Positions 52,014-61,309 of a stretch of DNA of 64,000 nt are shown here, piece by piece (the first letter of the stretch is position 1; each line of letters begins with the position of its first letter). The stretch comes from Promethearchaeota archaeon (GTDB lineage: Archaea; Asgardarchaeota; Thorarchaeia; Thorarchaeales; Thorarchaeaceae), in assembly GCA_048939765.1 (NCBI GenBank), contig JBHLPF010000016.1, positions 30-64,029 of the forward strand. The letters run 5' to 3'. The notes below the pieces were generated by a model. The model was not told the DNA's origin and did not search any database. It worked only from the letters and a program-made list of their open reading frames with translations. The position numbers and the translations under genes were made by a program.

Positions 52014-53678
52014 CTATCTCTTGGTGATTCTATTCACGGCTTCGCGAGCGTTAAGCAGAATGCGCTCAGCCTGCTTTTCGCTCAGTCCCTTTATTTTCGA
52101 AGCTAGCCGCTTGGGCGTTTCACCTGCAAGCTGAGCTGCTGAATCGTAGCCCGCTTTCTTGAGCTTCAGTTCTAATGCAGGTCCAATGCCCGTGACTCTT
52201 TTGAGGGGCAACATCTTCTTCAGGTCTTCCCCCAAGAACTCGTTGAATTCCTTGTCACTCATCTCCTGTGAGGCATCAATTACAGCCATCTGAGTCCTGA
52301 TTGATTCGAAGTCCTCGTCCTCAAGATAGGCAGATACTGTCTTGTCGACCATTTTCTGATCGAAATCAAGCGCAAAATCCTCCATCTCGATCTCACGCCC
52401 AAGAATTTCAGGAAGATGAGCGTTCTGCCATAGGGCGAGTAATGAAAAGAAAATGGCAAACGGCCCTCCAATATCTCCGACCCAATCAGGCGGATTACCA
52501 AATGGCACCCCTAAATCAGCAGCCCAAAAGAGGGCCATATAACCAATATAGAACCAAATCACAAGTGAAAGCCGGAGGCCTTTTCGGTTAGGTGAGCCAA
52601 GTTCAGACCAGATGAGTAGAAGACAAAGCCCTAGAATATAGCCCTCCACGAAGCGCTCCCATCCAAGCAGCGGAAGGGCTAGTACTTCGACTGAAGCACT
52701 TGATGTTCCTGGGGAAGCAATGTAATAGAATGTTTGGCCAAAAATCGCCAATAGTCCGAACGCAAGGACAGCGGTGCTGAAGGCAGTCTTTCTACCTCGG
52801 AAGTCAGCAATCGTCCCAGCGATTATTACACCAGCGACGACGAATAGTAGTTGAAGGATACCAAATGAGGGTATACCTCCCAAGTCAATAGCAGCATCTT
52901 CGACAAGAGGGATGAAAGCTTCGCCAACCAGATCGTATAGACTTCTAATCGCCATTTTTGTGGAAAAGTACCAAATAATATGAGAGGCGAGCAGGAAGAA
53001 CATAGGCACAAAGTATCTTAGCGCATTGGCTTGGACAGCAAGAGGATGAGGTGACCATTTCCACGGCTTAAGTGTGAAACTCGCAAATATACTCCCAATG
53101 ACCAAGAACTCCATTACTGGAAGGCCAATTGATGCCAATAGAGTTTCAAGGAGCATAAACATCATAGAAATCAGAATACTTGCAGATAGAAAAGACGCAA
53201 CAATTCGTCCTCTGAATTTAGCAACAACAGTCTGATTGAGTGAGACCCCCCAACTTACCAATACACTCACTAATCCGCTGAATATTGCCAGAATGAAGGC
53301 AGTTTCTAGTGTAGGAGAGTCCTGTGGTGGATAGTCAAGAGCTTTGAACCAGACACTCATTATCATTGGGATCAATGCTGAAATGCTAAGCACGAATTTC
53401 CCTCTGCGGGTTCTATCAAGAATCAAACCGATGGGAATAATGACTAGGGCTGCCATTCCCATTCCGAGACCAAGAAGTAGTAGGTGGTCAATTCCGGAGT
53501 TTGTAAAGTAATCCTCCGCCAGCAATTTGCTAATAATGAAAATGCAGTAGGCGATGAATGGGGAAAAAAAGAGATAGTAAACAGCAGTCTTGCCTGGGAA
53601 ATTCCTGTATTCCAGCGTGTTTTCCACCAACTTTGTTGAATGGCTGCGAAGATAAGAATATGGACCTTTCGGGTACAA
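52014..53678 (-). CDS. polytopic membrane protein with cytoplasmic C-terminal (HhH)2 domain
   Basis: About 12 TM helices, then LPLKRVTGIGPALELKLKKAGYDSAAQLAGETPKRLASKIKGLSEKQAERILLNAREAV (two helix-hairpin-helix motifs). TTG start, so the N-terminus is uncertain. Confidence 0.7.
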   Translation of the reverse strand: MYPKGPYSYLRSHSTKLVENTLEYRNFPGKTAVYYLFFSPFIAYCIFIISKLLAEDYFTNSGIDHLLLLGLGMGMAALVIIPIGLILDRTRRGKFVLSISALIPMIMSVWFKALDYPPQDSPTLETAFILAIFSGLVSVLVSWGVSLNQTVVAKFRGRIVASFLSASILISMMFMLLETLLASIGLPVMEFLVIGSIFASFTLKPWKWSPHPLAVQANALRYFVPMFFLLASHIIWYFSTKMAIRSLYDLVGEAFIPLVEDAAIDLGGIPSFGILQLLFVVAGVIIAGTIADFRGRKTAFSTAVLAFGLLAIFGQTFYYIASPGTSSASVEVLALPLLGWERFVEGYILGLCLLLIWSELGSPNRKGLRLSLVIWFYIGYMALFWAADLGVPFGNPPDWVGDIGGPFAIFFSLLALWQNAHLPEILGREIEMEDFALDFDQKMVDKTVSAYLEDEDFESIRTQMAVIDASQEMSDKEFNEFLGEDLKKMLPLKRVTGIGPALELKLKKAGYDSAAQLAGETPKRLASKIKGLSEKQAERILLNAREAVNRITKR

Positions 53679-53755
53679 TTTGCGAATTCAACTGCAGGCG
53701 ATATCTTAAAGAGAACCTAGCATAGAGCCCAAGCATCTAAGGAGAGCTACACTTA

Positions 53756-54661
53756 TTGTCGGGAAGACTTGGGATCTATGAGTTCATGGTACTGACAGCT
53801 GGAGGAGTCCCTATATTTCACTACTCACAAGATGAATCTAGAAAACTCGATGAATTGTTATCCGGATTCCTGACTGCAATCACCTCCTTTGCATCTGAGT
53901 TTGGTGAGAAGTCGGTTCAAAGCTTATCATTTGAAGGCTCGGAACTCTTGTATGAGGAAACAGAAGCGGATATTCTCTGTGTCATTCTAGCTGATACAGA
54001 TGCACCCAAGAAGATACTTAGAGCCGTGCTCAGAGACCTGAGTCGAAAATTCATCAACAAATACTCCGGCGATCTGGACTTCGACCTCGCAATTGAAGGT
54101 GCCTTCAAGGATTTCAAGGATGACGTAGAACGAGCATTGAACTACTACGATGGAGTGCTAATGATCACATCAAGCCTGAGTTCTTTCGTCGTACCTGCAC
54201 TCAAGAAAGATGCATATCAGCTAGCAGCTGGCTCTCAGGGGCTTCTTGACCAATTCCACAGGGATTTTGGGAGCAATGGGAATCGAATCCTAGAAGCAGT
54301 TAACGGAAATGATTCTATATATGATATCAGCCAATCCCTAGGGATTGAGGAGCAACAAGTCCAAGAAGTAATTGAATATCTAGCCATCTGGGGAGTCCTA
54401 CAGATATCCAAGATTGCTCCGGAGGTAAAGGCGGAAGATGCAAGGTTTGATGCATTTCTTGATCTAGTCGGTCTTCCGCAAAGAGATTACCAACTGCTTA
54501 AGCGAGCAATGCCTCTATGTAATGGCGCAAGGCCCTTGGCTGAGATTAGCACCAAACTTGGAGTTACATCCGAGCGCCTCTTTGAAGTCCTGAGTAAGCT
54601 GGGAGATGAGGTCGAGTGGAAGAGACTCAAAGTTACTGATCTTCTCAATCAGAATCTTTAG
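53756..54661 (+). CDS. longin/roadblock-like N-terminal domain + two winged-helix-like segments
   Basis: IYEFMVLTAGGVPIFHYS...LLSGFLTAITSFASEFG...ADILCVILADTDAPKKILRAVLRDLSRKFINKYSG; later EVIEYLAIWGVLQI and LFEVLSKLGDEVEWKRL. TTG start. Confidence 0.55.
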   Translation: MSGRLGIYEFMVLTAGGVPIFHYSQDESRKLDELLSGFLTAITSFASEFGEKSVQSLSFEGSELLYEETEADILCVILADTDAPKKILRAVLRDLSRKFINKYSGDLDFDLAIEGAFKDFKDDVERALNYYDGVLMITSSLSSFVVPALKKDAYQLAAGSQGLLDQFHRDFGSNGNRILEAVNGNDSIYDISQSLGIEEQQVQEVIEYLAIWGVLQISKIAPEVKAEDARFDAFLDLVGLPQRDYQLLKRAMPLCNGARPLAEISTKLGVTSERLFEVLSKLGDEVEWKRLKVTDLLNQNL

Positions 54662-54746
54662 TATTTCCCAAGAGAGATTATAAGGCGTTAGAGTGAGTCT
54701 GGTCTCACAGCAACGATTGAAAATCTAAGGAATTCAGTGGTAAATA

Positions 54747-55508
54747 ATGAGTCCTAAAATCGTCAGCATCCATAGTTTCAGAGGCGGCACAGGCAAATCA
54801 AACATTGCTGCGAACCTAGCTGCAGTTGCAGCTCTTGATGGAAAACGAGTAGCTGTGATGGACACAGACATCGCTTCACCGGGAATCCACGTGATTTTCG
54901 GACTTGGTCGTGAGAAGCTCAAACGCACCCTCAACGACTACCTCCGGGGAGAGTGTGACATCGCAGACGCATGCATAGACCTGACGGGGCGCAAGGAGTA
55001 TTCAGGCATGAAGCCAGGGAAACTATTCCTTATTCCCAGCTCAATGATAGCCGATGACATCACTCGAATTCTCCGTGAGGGCTATGAAGTGAGTGATCTC
55101 AGAAATGGATTCACAGAGGTCATCCGGGCAAAGGATTTGGACTTGTTGATCATTGATACTCATCCTGGACTTGATAGAGAAACTCTATTGTCGATGGTCA
55201 CTGCTGATTATCTTTTTGTAGTGGCGAGAATTGATGAGCAGGACTTGTTGGGTACGGCGGCCACGCTGGACGTTGCACGTAGACTGCAAGTTCCTGAGAT
55301 TAGAATTGTTATCAACAAGAGGCCAAACATCTACGAGGACAAAGCAATAATAGGCGAAGTTGAGAAGAAGTTCAAATCGCCTGTGGTTACTATCATTCCA
55401 ATGCTACCACTTCTTATCGATACCGGAAGTCGCTATGTCGTAGCTATCAGGCATCCAGATAGTGAATTCACCAAGTGCATCGAAGAGATATACGAAGTCA
55501 TCAAGTAG
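54747..55508 (+). CDS. MinD/ParA-family P-loop ATPase
   Basis: Deviant Walker A SFRGGTGKSNIAANLA (Arg in place of the signature Lys), VAVMDTD, and Walker B LLIIDTHPG. Confidence 0.85.
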   Translation: MSPKIVSIHSFRGGTGKSNIAANLAAVAALDGKRVAVMDTDIASPGIHVIFGLGREKLKRTLNDYLRGECDIADACIDLTGRKEYSGMKPGKLFLIPSSMIADDITRILREGYEVSDLRNGFTEVIRAKDLDLLIIDTHPGLDRETLLSMVTADYLFVVARIDEQDLLGTAATLDVARRLQVPEIRIVINKRPNIYEDKAIIGEVEKKFKSPVVTIIPMLPLLIDTGSRYVVAIRHPDSEFTKCIEEIYEVIK

Positions 55509-55517
55509 CTTATGCAT

Positions 55518-55649
55518 GTTATTTGAACCAGAGAGGTACATAGATAATCGCGACAGCTAGCAGAAGGATAATGAAGCAAATCACTAGGATGAGTAGTAGA
55601 AGACTGTCAGATGTGCTTCGCGAGTCTATTGATGGATTTTGATTCTCCA
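55518..55649 (-). CDS. possible 43-aa single-TM micro-protein (below the track cutoff)
   Basis: My translation is MENQNPSIDSRSTSDSLLLLILVICFIILLLAVAIIYVPLWFK*. ATG start and no SD seen. Convergent with the minD-like gene. Confidence 0.3.
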
Positions 55650-55773
55650 TATTGGATTCATGCTTTATTATGACATTTGTTCATATGAAGCTGCGCCAAA
55701 CGCAGTTGTATTGTGTGACCACAAAGTTTCTATCAGGTGTTATGGGCTTTCGAGATTCGCGGAGCACGAGCTT

Positions 55774-56220
55774 ATGGAAATAGAGGTCAGACTTGCCACG
55801 GCTCAAGACAAACCTTCCTTGGAGGAGTTCTATAGGCGAGAAGGTTTTGATTTCCAGGAATTGTCGCATCGTCCTGCCATATCTTCTAGCGGATCTGTCA
55901 GAGAGACTATGTATATCATAGCAGTAACAGTAGACATGGTCGTAGCCGCTTTGAAACTTGATGTCATTAGGGATCCGGATTTAGGGGACATTGGTCATAT
56001 ATTCCATTTCGAGATAGAAGATGCACTGGAAAGCACTGATTTGGGGCAAAGGATGCTCAATAGGGCGATTGAACTCGCTCAGGAAAAGGGGCTGAGGGCA
56101 CTTGATGCCATGGTAAGAGAGGATCGGGCTGACGTTATCTCGCTTCTTCTAGATAGCGAATTCAATGAGATGAGAAAAGAGGTTCATCTTCGCCGATATT
56201 TCAGAGAGCGCATCTTCTAG
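55774..56220 (+). CDS. GNAT-family acetyltransferase
   Basis: Trimmed to MEIEVRLATAQDKPSLEEFY. Contains QRMLNRAIELAQEKGLRAL (acetyl-CoA-binding-like). 148 aa. Confidence 0.7.
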   Translation: MEIEVRLATAQDKPSLEEFYRREGFDFQELSHRPAISSSGSVRETMYIIAVTVDMVVAALKLDVIRDPDLGDIGHIFHFEIEDALESTDLGQRMLNRAIELAQEKGLRALDAMVREDRADVISLLLDSEFNEMRKEVHLRRYFRERIF

Positions 56221-58031
56221 ATTATTCCATCAAGTCCCAGTTTCTTCAAAGTTGCTGCTGTAGGCAGTCCATCCTCCTTATCCCAACCCATCAGATCATA
56301 ATATCGGTCAAGACTGGCCTCAAAGTCCTCCTTGCTAATATATGCAGGAAGCCCTTCATTAGGACCACTGACCTGTCCTTCCCAGAATCTCTGAGGAAGA
56401 ATATCATCAGCTCGAGAGATTCCTTCCCTGTGATTGAACATTCGAGTAAGAGTTTCGACTCGTTGACCAAAAAGATTGATGCTGTCTTGGTCATAGGTTA
56501 AGCCTGTAGCTCCATTCAAAAGCCGAATGAGAGGCTCAAATCCAAGCGGAAAATGCCAGACGAAATGGCATACTACCAAGGAATCGCGAAGAATCTTGAG
56601 ATACCTGCCTTCTATCATTGATTCAACCATGTCAACTGCGGATTCCAATGGTGGATCATTTGTGGCGGGCCAGCCTCTGAGATGACTAGCTCCCACATCT
56701 CCAGTTGCATAAGAGAGACCCAATCCCTTCTTGCCTCTAGGATCCCAAGCAGCAACTTCAAGTCCCTTTACATGTACTGCAAATGCTTCACTACCCTTTC
56801 CTATCTTTGCAGCAGCTTTCTTTGCACCAAGTGTCAAGATGTCACCAATGCCCTCTCTCATTCCAATCATTCGGAGCAGGCGAATAGCCGCATCTCCATC
56901 GCCGAATCTAAGTGGGAATCCTATATCATCCTCAGTGAGGATACCTTTCTCAAAGGCCTCCATTGCAAAGCCTATCACTGACCCTGAACTAATAGTATCA
57001 AGTCCCAAATCATCGGCGATGTAGCAAAGCTTGAACAGTGTTTGCGGGTCTCTAATACCAAGGCCTCCAGCCATCATACCCCAGGTTTCATACTCCGGAG
57101 TTGTTAGAACTTGTTCGCCGTCTATCTCTGTTTGATATGCATGAGTGCAACGCATTATACAATGGGGACAGGACATATCATTTCCTGCATACCAATCACT
57201 CAATTTCTCTGGCCACAGGTCTTCGTTTTCATCAAGATATCCACTCTGCCAATTCCTAGTGGGAAATTGGCCTCGACTGTTTGAAACTTCAGTCAACATG
57301 GAAGTGCCATATTTCTTGAATCCATATTCAGGGCCCTTGTCATCCCAAAGCTTTTGGGCTTCCTTTCTAACTTCGCCCAATACGTTTCCATCGAATGGTT
57401 CTATCTTTCTTGTTCCCTTTGCAACGACAGCCTTGAGATTCTTTGATCCCACTACTGCCCCAGCACCACCACGCCCTGTCTGATGTGCAATCTCACAACT
57501 TCCTGTGGAAATCAGACTCATGTTCTCTCCGGCAGGGCCAATTACATAGACAATAGCACCCTTCTGATGAGAATCCTTCAAAACACTAGTTGATTCATGA
57601 ACACCCTTTCCCCAGATAGACGATGCATTTTCGAACGAGATAGTTTCGTCCTGAATCACAACTGTTGTTGGATTCTTCGCTTTTCCTTTTATTCCCACAG
57701 CGTCATAACCGGACGTCTTAATCTCTCTTCCAAGTGCCCCTCCACAATGGGTATCTAGAAAGATCCCGGTTAGTGGGGACTTTGTTACAAGTGACCATCT
57801 CCCAACGTTGGGAGCAGGAAGTCCCTGAAGCGGGCCAGTCATGAATAGGAGTAGATTATCAGGACCCAATGGATCTATACCTGCTTCAATATCACGATAG
57901 AGCAAGTATGCACCGAGCCCCTTGCCGCCTATGAATTTCTCATATATCTCAGTATCAAGTATCTCTTCGGTCGTTTCCTGAGTGGTTAAGTCAATCCATA
58001 TGATCTTTCCATTCCAACCTAGTAGCGTCAT
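56217..58031 (-). CDS. aor: aldehyde:ferredoxin oxidoreductase
   Basis: 604 aa with MTLLGWNGKIIWIDLT, TPEYETWGMMAGG, the Cys motif MSCPHCIMRCTH, and the C-terminal GWDKEDGLPT...LGL. Confidence 0.9.
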   Translation of the reverse strand: MTLLGWNGKIIWIDLTTQETTEEILDTEIYEKFIGGKGLGAYLLYRDIEAGIDPLGPDNLLLFMTGPLQGLPAPNVGRWSLVTKSPLTGIFLDTHCGGALGREIKTSGYDAVGIKGKAKNPTTVVIQDETISFENASSIWGKGVHESTSVLKDSHQKGAIVYVIGPAGENMSLISTGSCEIAHQTGRGGAGAVVGSKNLKAVVAKGTRKIEPFDGNVLGEVRKEAQKLWDDKGPEYGFKKYGTSMLTEVSNSRGQFPTRNWQSGYLDENEDLWPEKLSDWYAGNDMSCPHCIMRCTHAYQTEIDGEQVLTTPEYETWGMMAGGLGIRDPQTLFKLCYIADDLGLDTISSGSVIGFAMEAFEKGILTEDDIGFPLRFGDGDAAIRLLRMIGMREGIGDILTLGAKKAAAKIGKGSEAFAVHVKGLEVAAWDPRGKKGLGLSYATGDVGASHLRGWPATNDPPLESAVDMVESMIEGRYLKILRDSLVVCHFVWHFPLGFEPLIRLLNGATGLTYDQDSINLFGQRVETLTRMFNHREGISRADDILPQRFWEGQVSGPNEGLPAYISKEDFEASLDRYYDLMGWDKEDGLPTAATLKKLGLDGII

Positions 58032-58071
58032 GTCTGTTCACATCCTGAAGCAATAATTGATTGCTCGCGCT

Positions 58072-58221
58072 TCATGATATTTCAATTTTCGAGATTTCAT
58101 CCAATTCGATGTCTCGCAGATTATTGAGAAGTGCAAGGATAATGTCACGAAAAACGCTCGCAACAAATTCGTTCATGTGCACTTCTTCTCCTCCGACAAC
58201 AAGTTTCAACTTTGAAGCCAT
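58072..58221 (-). CDS. 49-aa conserved-looking small protein upstream of aor (below the track cutoff)
   Basis: My translation is MASKLKLVVGGEEVHMNEFVASVFRDIILALLNNLRDIELDEISKIEIS*. AGAGGT lies 8 nt upstream of the ATG. Same strand as aor and 40 nt before it. The track lists only an antisense ORF here. Confidence 0.45.
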   Translation of the reverse strand: MASKLKLVVGGEEVHMNEFVASVFRDIILALLNNLRDIELDEISKIEIS

Positions 58222-58302
58222 TGGTCCGACCTCTAGACTGGATGATTGTTGAGCACCTTTTAGATATTCCTAAACATGAAAGAAATCTCCTTGCGTGCAC
58301 CC

Positions 58303-59022
58303 CTACGAATGGGGAGTTTCAAGACCTCGTAACCAACTGTCAACGACACGAACCCCTACCTCAGGGAAATCAGTTATGATCCCATCGACACCCCACTTCA
58401 GAATACGACGCATGTCAGCTTCATCATCAGCACCCCATACATTGACCTTCAGCCCCGCTTCATGAGCTTGATTCACAAGGTCATTTGTGACATCCGGCAG
58501 TACTGGATGAATTGCGTTTGCACCAACGTTCAAGGTATGCTTTACCATTTCTTCCATTCCAAGTTGGAAAATTGCTCCAGTTTGTACATCCTTATTCAAT
58601 TCATTTACTATCTCAATGGACACAAGAAAGAATGACGAAATGATTGTGGAGTCCAACATTCCTCTTTCAATTACCAACTCCAGGATTTGCTCCTCGACGC
58701 CAAAGGATTTCAGGTCAATATTGATTCCTATTTTGCCTTGAATCAAATCAAGCACCTCTTCAAGAAGGGGCACTTCTTCACCCTCGCCTGCATCCAACGA
58801 CTTAATCTCTTCTATAGTCAGCTCTTCTATCATTCCCACACCGTTGGTTGTAGCTGACACATCTGGGTCATGCATACAAACTAACTGGCCATCTGCGGAA
58901 CCCCATACGTCCACCTCGATCATATCGACTCCGGACTGCATGGCAATTTCATACGACCTGAGGGTATTCTCAGGTGCAGCAATAGGGGAACCGCGGTGAC
59001 CCATTACAAGAATATCCCTCAA
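58303..59022 (-). CDS. glycerophosphodiester phosphodiesterase
   Basis: VMGHRGSPIAAPENTLRSY...IEVDVWGSADGQLVCMHD...VNVWG (GDPD motifs). TTG start. Confidence 0.85.
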   Translation of the reverse strand: MRDILVMGHRGSPIAAPENTLRSYEIAMQSGVDMIEVDVWGSADGQLVCMHDPDVSATTNGVGMIEELTIEEIKSLDAGEGEEVPLLEEVLDLIQGKIGINIDLKSFGVEEQILELVIERGMLDSTIISSFFLVSIEIVNELNKDVQTGAIFQLGMEEMVKHTLNVGANAIHPVLPDVTNDLVNQAHEAGLKVNVWGADDEADMRRILKWGVDGIITDFPEVGVRVVDSWLRGLETPHS

Positions 59023-59065
59023 AACAAATCAACTCCTATTGCTCACATTCGTGTATCGCAAGAAT

Positions 59066-59362
59066 CTAATCATCCTGACGCGCCAGTCCAGTACCGCCAC
59101 ACCTTGGACATGTTTCCTCTCCATCTTCTGAGCCAATCTTCCCTGTTCCTCTGCAGTAATAGCAGTCATCTCTCGGCATTTCAATGGAGGCATCTATTTC
59201 CTTTGCCAGAGCCGTTCCCATCCCAATTAGCACAACTCCGATGAACAAACTGACGAGCGCAATGAAATAGAGGTCAGCAAAGTAAAGGAGCAACACTAGT
59301 GAAACAGCAAGGATCAAAATGCCAACAACAATGAGTAGTAGACCTCTCTTCTTCCGTTCCAT
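59066..59362 (-). CDS. membrane-anchored protein with DnaJ-type CxxCxGxG zinc finger
   Basis: Trimmed to MERKKRGLLLIVVGILILAV (TAGGTG SD). Two TM helices, then CYYCRGTGKI...CPRCGGTG. Confidence 0.6.
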   Translation of the reverse strand: MERKKRGLLLIVVGILILAVSLVLLLYFADLYFIALVSLFIGVVLIGMGTALAKEIDASIEMPRDDCYYCRGTGKIGSEDGEETCPRCGGTGLARQDD

Positions 59363-59498
59363 TCGAAACACCTAAGCCAACCTTAAGGGCGTCTTAGGCG
59401 GGCGGAAGGTCCTCTTTATACATTGTGGCTTGATTCAGTATCCATGGACAAGAGATAATAGTCCTCACAGAGTAAACTTGCAGCTAGCGTGATTCGGC

Positions 59499-60413
59499 AT
59501 GTCAAGAACAGATTTGTTTGCAAGATACACTCAGCTATACCAAAAGACACGGGCCAGAGAGATCGTGCCAGAAGGCTCCTTTGTGCGTCAGCTGAGCGAT
59601 ATAACGCGCCTAGGGCTTGATATAGGCATTTTCTTCAAATCAATACGAAAGAAGCCAGTCCAGGTGTTCTTGGGAAATCCCATTCCGTTCGAAGTGGCAA
59701 AAGAAGAAGGCTTTCTCGAAACAGAGGATGAAACGTTTCTTTGCAGAACGATTCTGTCAGACATTAGATCGCTAGAATACCTAAAGGTAGCTTTTTCCGC
59801 AGGCTTCCTCCTTGATGCCTATCAAGAAAGAGTCGATTTCCTGAAGAAGTGCCAACGAATAGTCGATGTGCTTGTCCGTAAGGCAAGAAATGTTGTTCAT
59901 ATGGGCGACTTCACTCCGTTTCAATTTGACAATAGAGTGAGCACACTCAATGATTTCCTGAAGAAGACGCTCAAAATGGATGATATATCTGTCGAAGCAG
60001 CATCGATCGCATTTCATGTTGCAGATCCCCTATACATCACTCTCACTGGGAACGACATCATTGTCATGAGTGATGAGAGCGCAGTTCCTCATGGAGTGTT
60101 CTACTTCGTTGGTGGGATAGGGTATACATTCGACAAGACGCTTGGAGCCGTCAGTGAAGAGCGTCTCTTCAGGACAACCGAAGACCTTTCATCATTCGGG
60201 ATTGACAAAGCTTACATAGAAACAAAGATTTCACAAGTGACTGAAGATTTCCAGAACAATCTTCATTCATTGATTTTCTCAGACGTGTGGAGGAAGAGTC
60301 CAGCCAAACCGCTGAGTGTGAACTTTGGTGGTGACATCCTCATCAGAGCAGAGCCCACAAGCGAGATATGGATGGGTGTCTTTGAAGTATATCTGAAATC
60401 GCCAAAAACCTAG
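59499..60413 (+). CDS. hypothetical protein
   Basis: An ATG ORF of 304 aa. No motif recognised. Confidence 0.5.
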   Translation: MSRTDLFARYTQLYQKTRAREIVPEGSFVRQLSDITRLGLDIGIFFKSIRKKPVQVFLGNPIPFEVAKEEGFLETEDETFLCRTILSDIRSLEYLKVAFSAGFLLDAYQERVDFLKKCQRIVDVLVRKARNVVHMGDFTPFQFDNRVSTLNDFLKKTLKMDDISVEAASIAFHVADPLYITLTGNDIIVMSDESAVPHGVFYFVGGIGYTFDKTLGAVSEERLFRTTEDLSSFGIDKAYIETKISQVTEDFQNNLHSLIFSDVWRKSPAKPLSVNFGGDILIRAEPTSEIWMGVFEVYLKSPKT

Positions 60414-60783
60414 CAAAGGCAAGTCTTAGTCGCAGGATGAAGATGTGGCTAGGCTTAAGATCAGAACTCGGTAGTTTGCCGACTCACCTCGAGATATGCT
60501 TGGATATGTCGCCTGAACTAGAGAAGAGTATTGATTTCAAAAGAGAGAACACTTGGGCTATCAGGATGATCAATGCTGTCTTTGATGGATAATGAATTCC
60601 AAGAATGGCAATTCTTTTTGAAAGTAACCTCGCAAACCTTTTGTGGAAGCTATGGGCATAGTCTGGGCTATAGTGTTGTCACATCAATAACACATCTTCA
60701 CAACCCTCTCATATGGGAGAGCTTAACGACTTCTTGAATTACAACACTTTTTGGGATAGCAAAAGGAGTATGAGGTGAGAGAT

Positions 60784-61107
60784 ATGCCATATATTGTTAC
60801 ACGTACGTGGTACCCAACGCATAAAACACCTGAAGTAGCCAAGAGATATCTCGAGGTGCTGGAGAAATTTCCACCAGATGAAAAACTGATTGAACCAGTC
60901 GTACCTGCATCAATAAAAGCCACAGAACGAGGAATTGCTTCATTAGGTATATCACTGGTAAAGGAAGGAAAACTGGAAGAAGCCTTGTCACGAACCATAG
61001 AGTCCATGGTAATGTATCACGAAATCGAAGGATACGAATATTCAGTAGAAGTACAATATACAGCTGTAGAAGCTCTAGCTTTTATCGGAATGAGCATACC
61101 AGAGTGA
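60784..61107 (+). CDS. hypothetical small protein (107 aa)
   Basis: ATG with GAGGTGA 6 nt upstream and a terminator-like hairpin downstream. No family recognised. Confidence 0.5.
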   Translation: MPYIVTRTWYPTHKTPEVAKRYLEVLEKFPPDEKLIEPVVPASIKATERGIASLGISLVKEGKLEEALSRTIESMVMYHEIEGYEYSVEVQYTAVEALAFIGMSIPE

Positions 61108-61117
61108 AATAGTAATA

Positions 61118-61157
61118 GGAGGAGCTACATTTTCTCGTGGCTCTTCCCCTATTTTTC
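61118..61157 (+). terminator. hairpin plus T-tract after 60784..61107
   Basis: GGAGGAGC (61118..61125) pairs with GCTCTTCC (61140..61147), 8 bp with one G-U, followed by CCTATTTTTCGG. Confidence 0.4.
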
Positions 61158-61309
61158 GGATAAGGCTAGCCAGTTATGGGTAGTCACAAACACACTCCAG
61201 TCCTTAATAGAGATGGCCGCAATATAACGAACAATCTTAGACTCTCAGAATCGCGCTCAACTAGATACTCATTATGCTATTCTCAAGATATCACCTTGAT
61301 TGTAATTCC

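Noticed and set aside
60437-60592. 51-aa plus-strand ORF (MKMWLGLRSELGSLPTHLEICLDM...) in the 370-bp spacer
   Set aside because: No SD, no distinctive features and a sub-threshold length. It cannot be supported from sequence alone.
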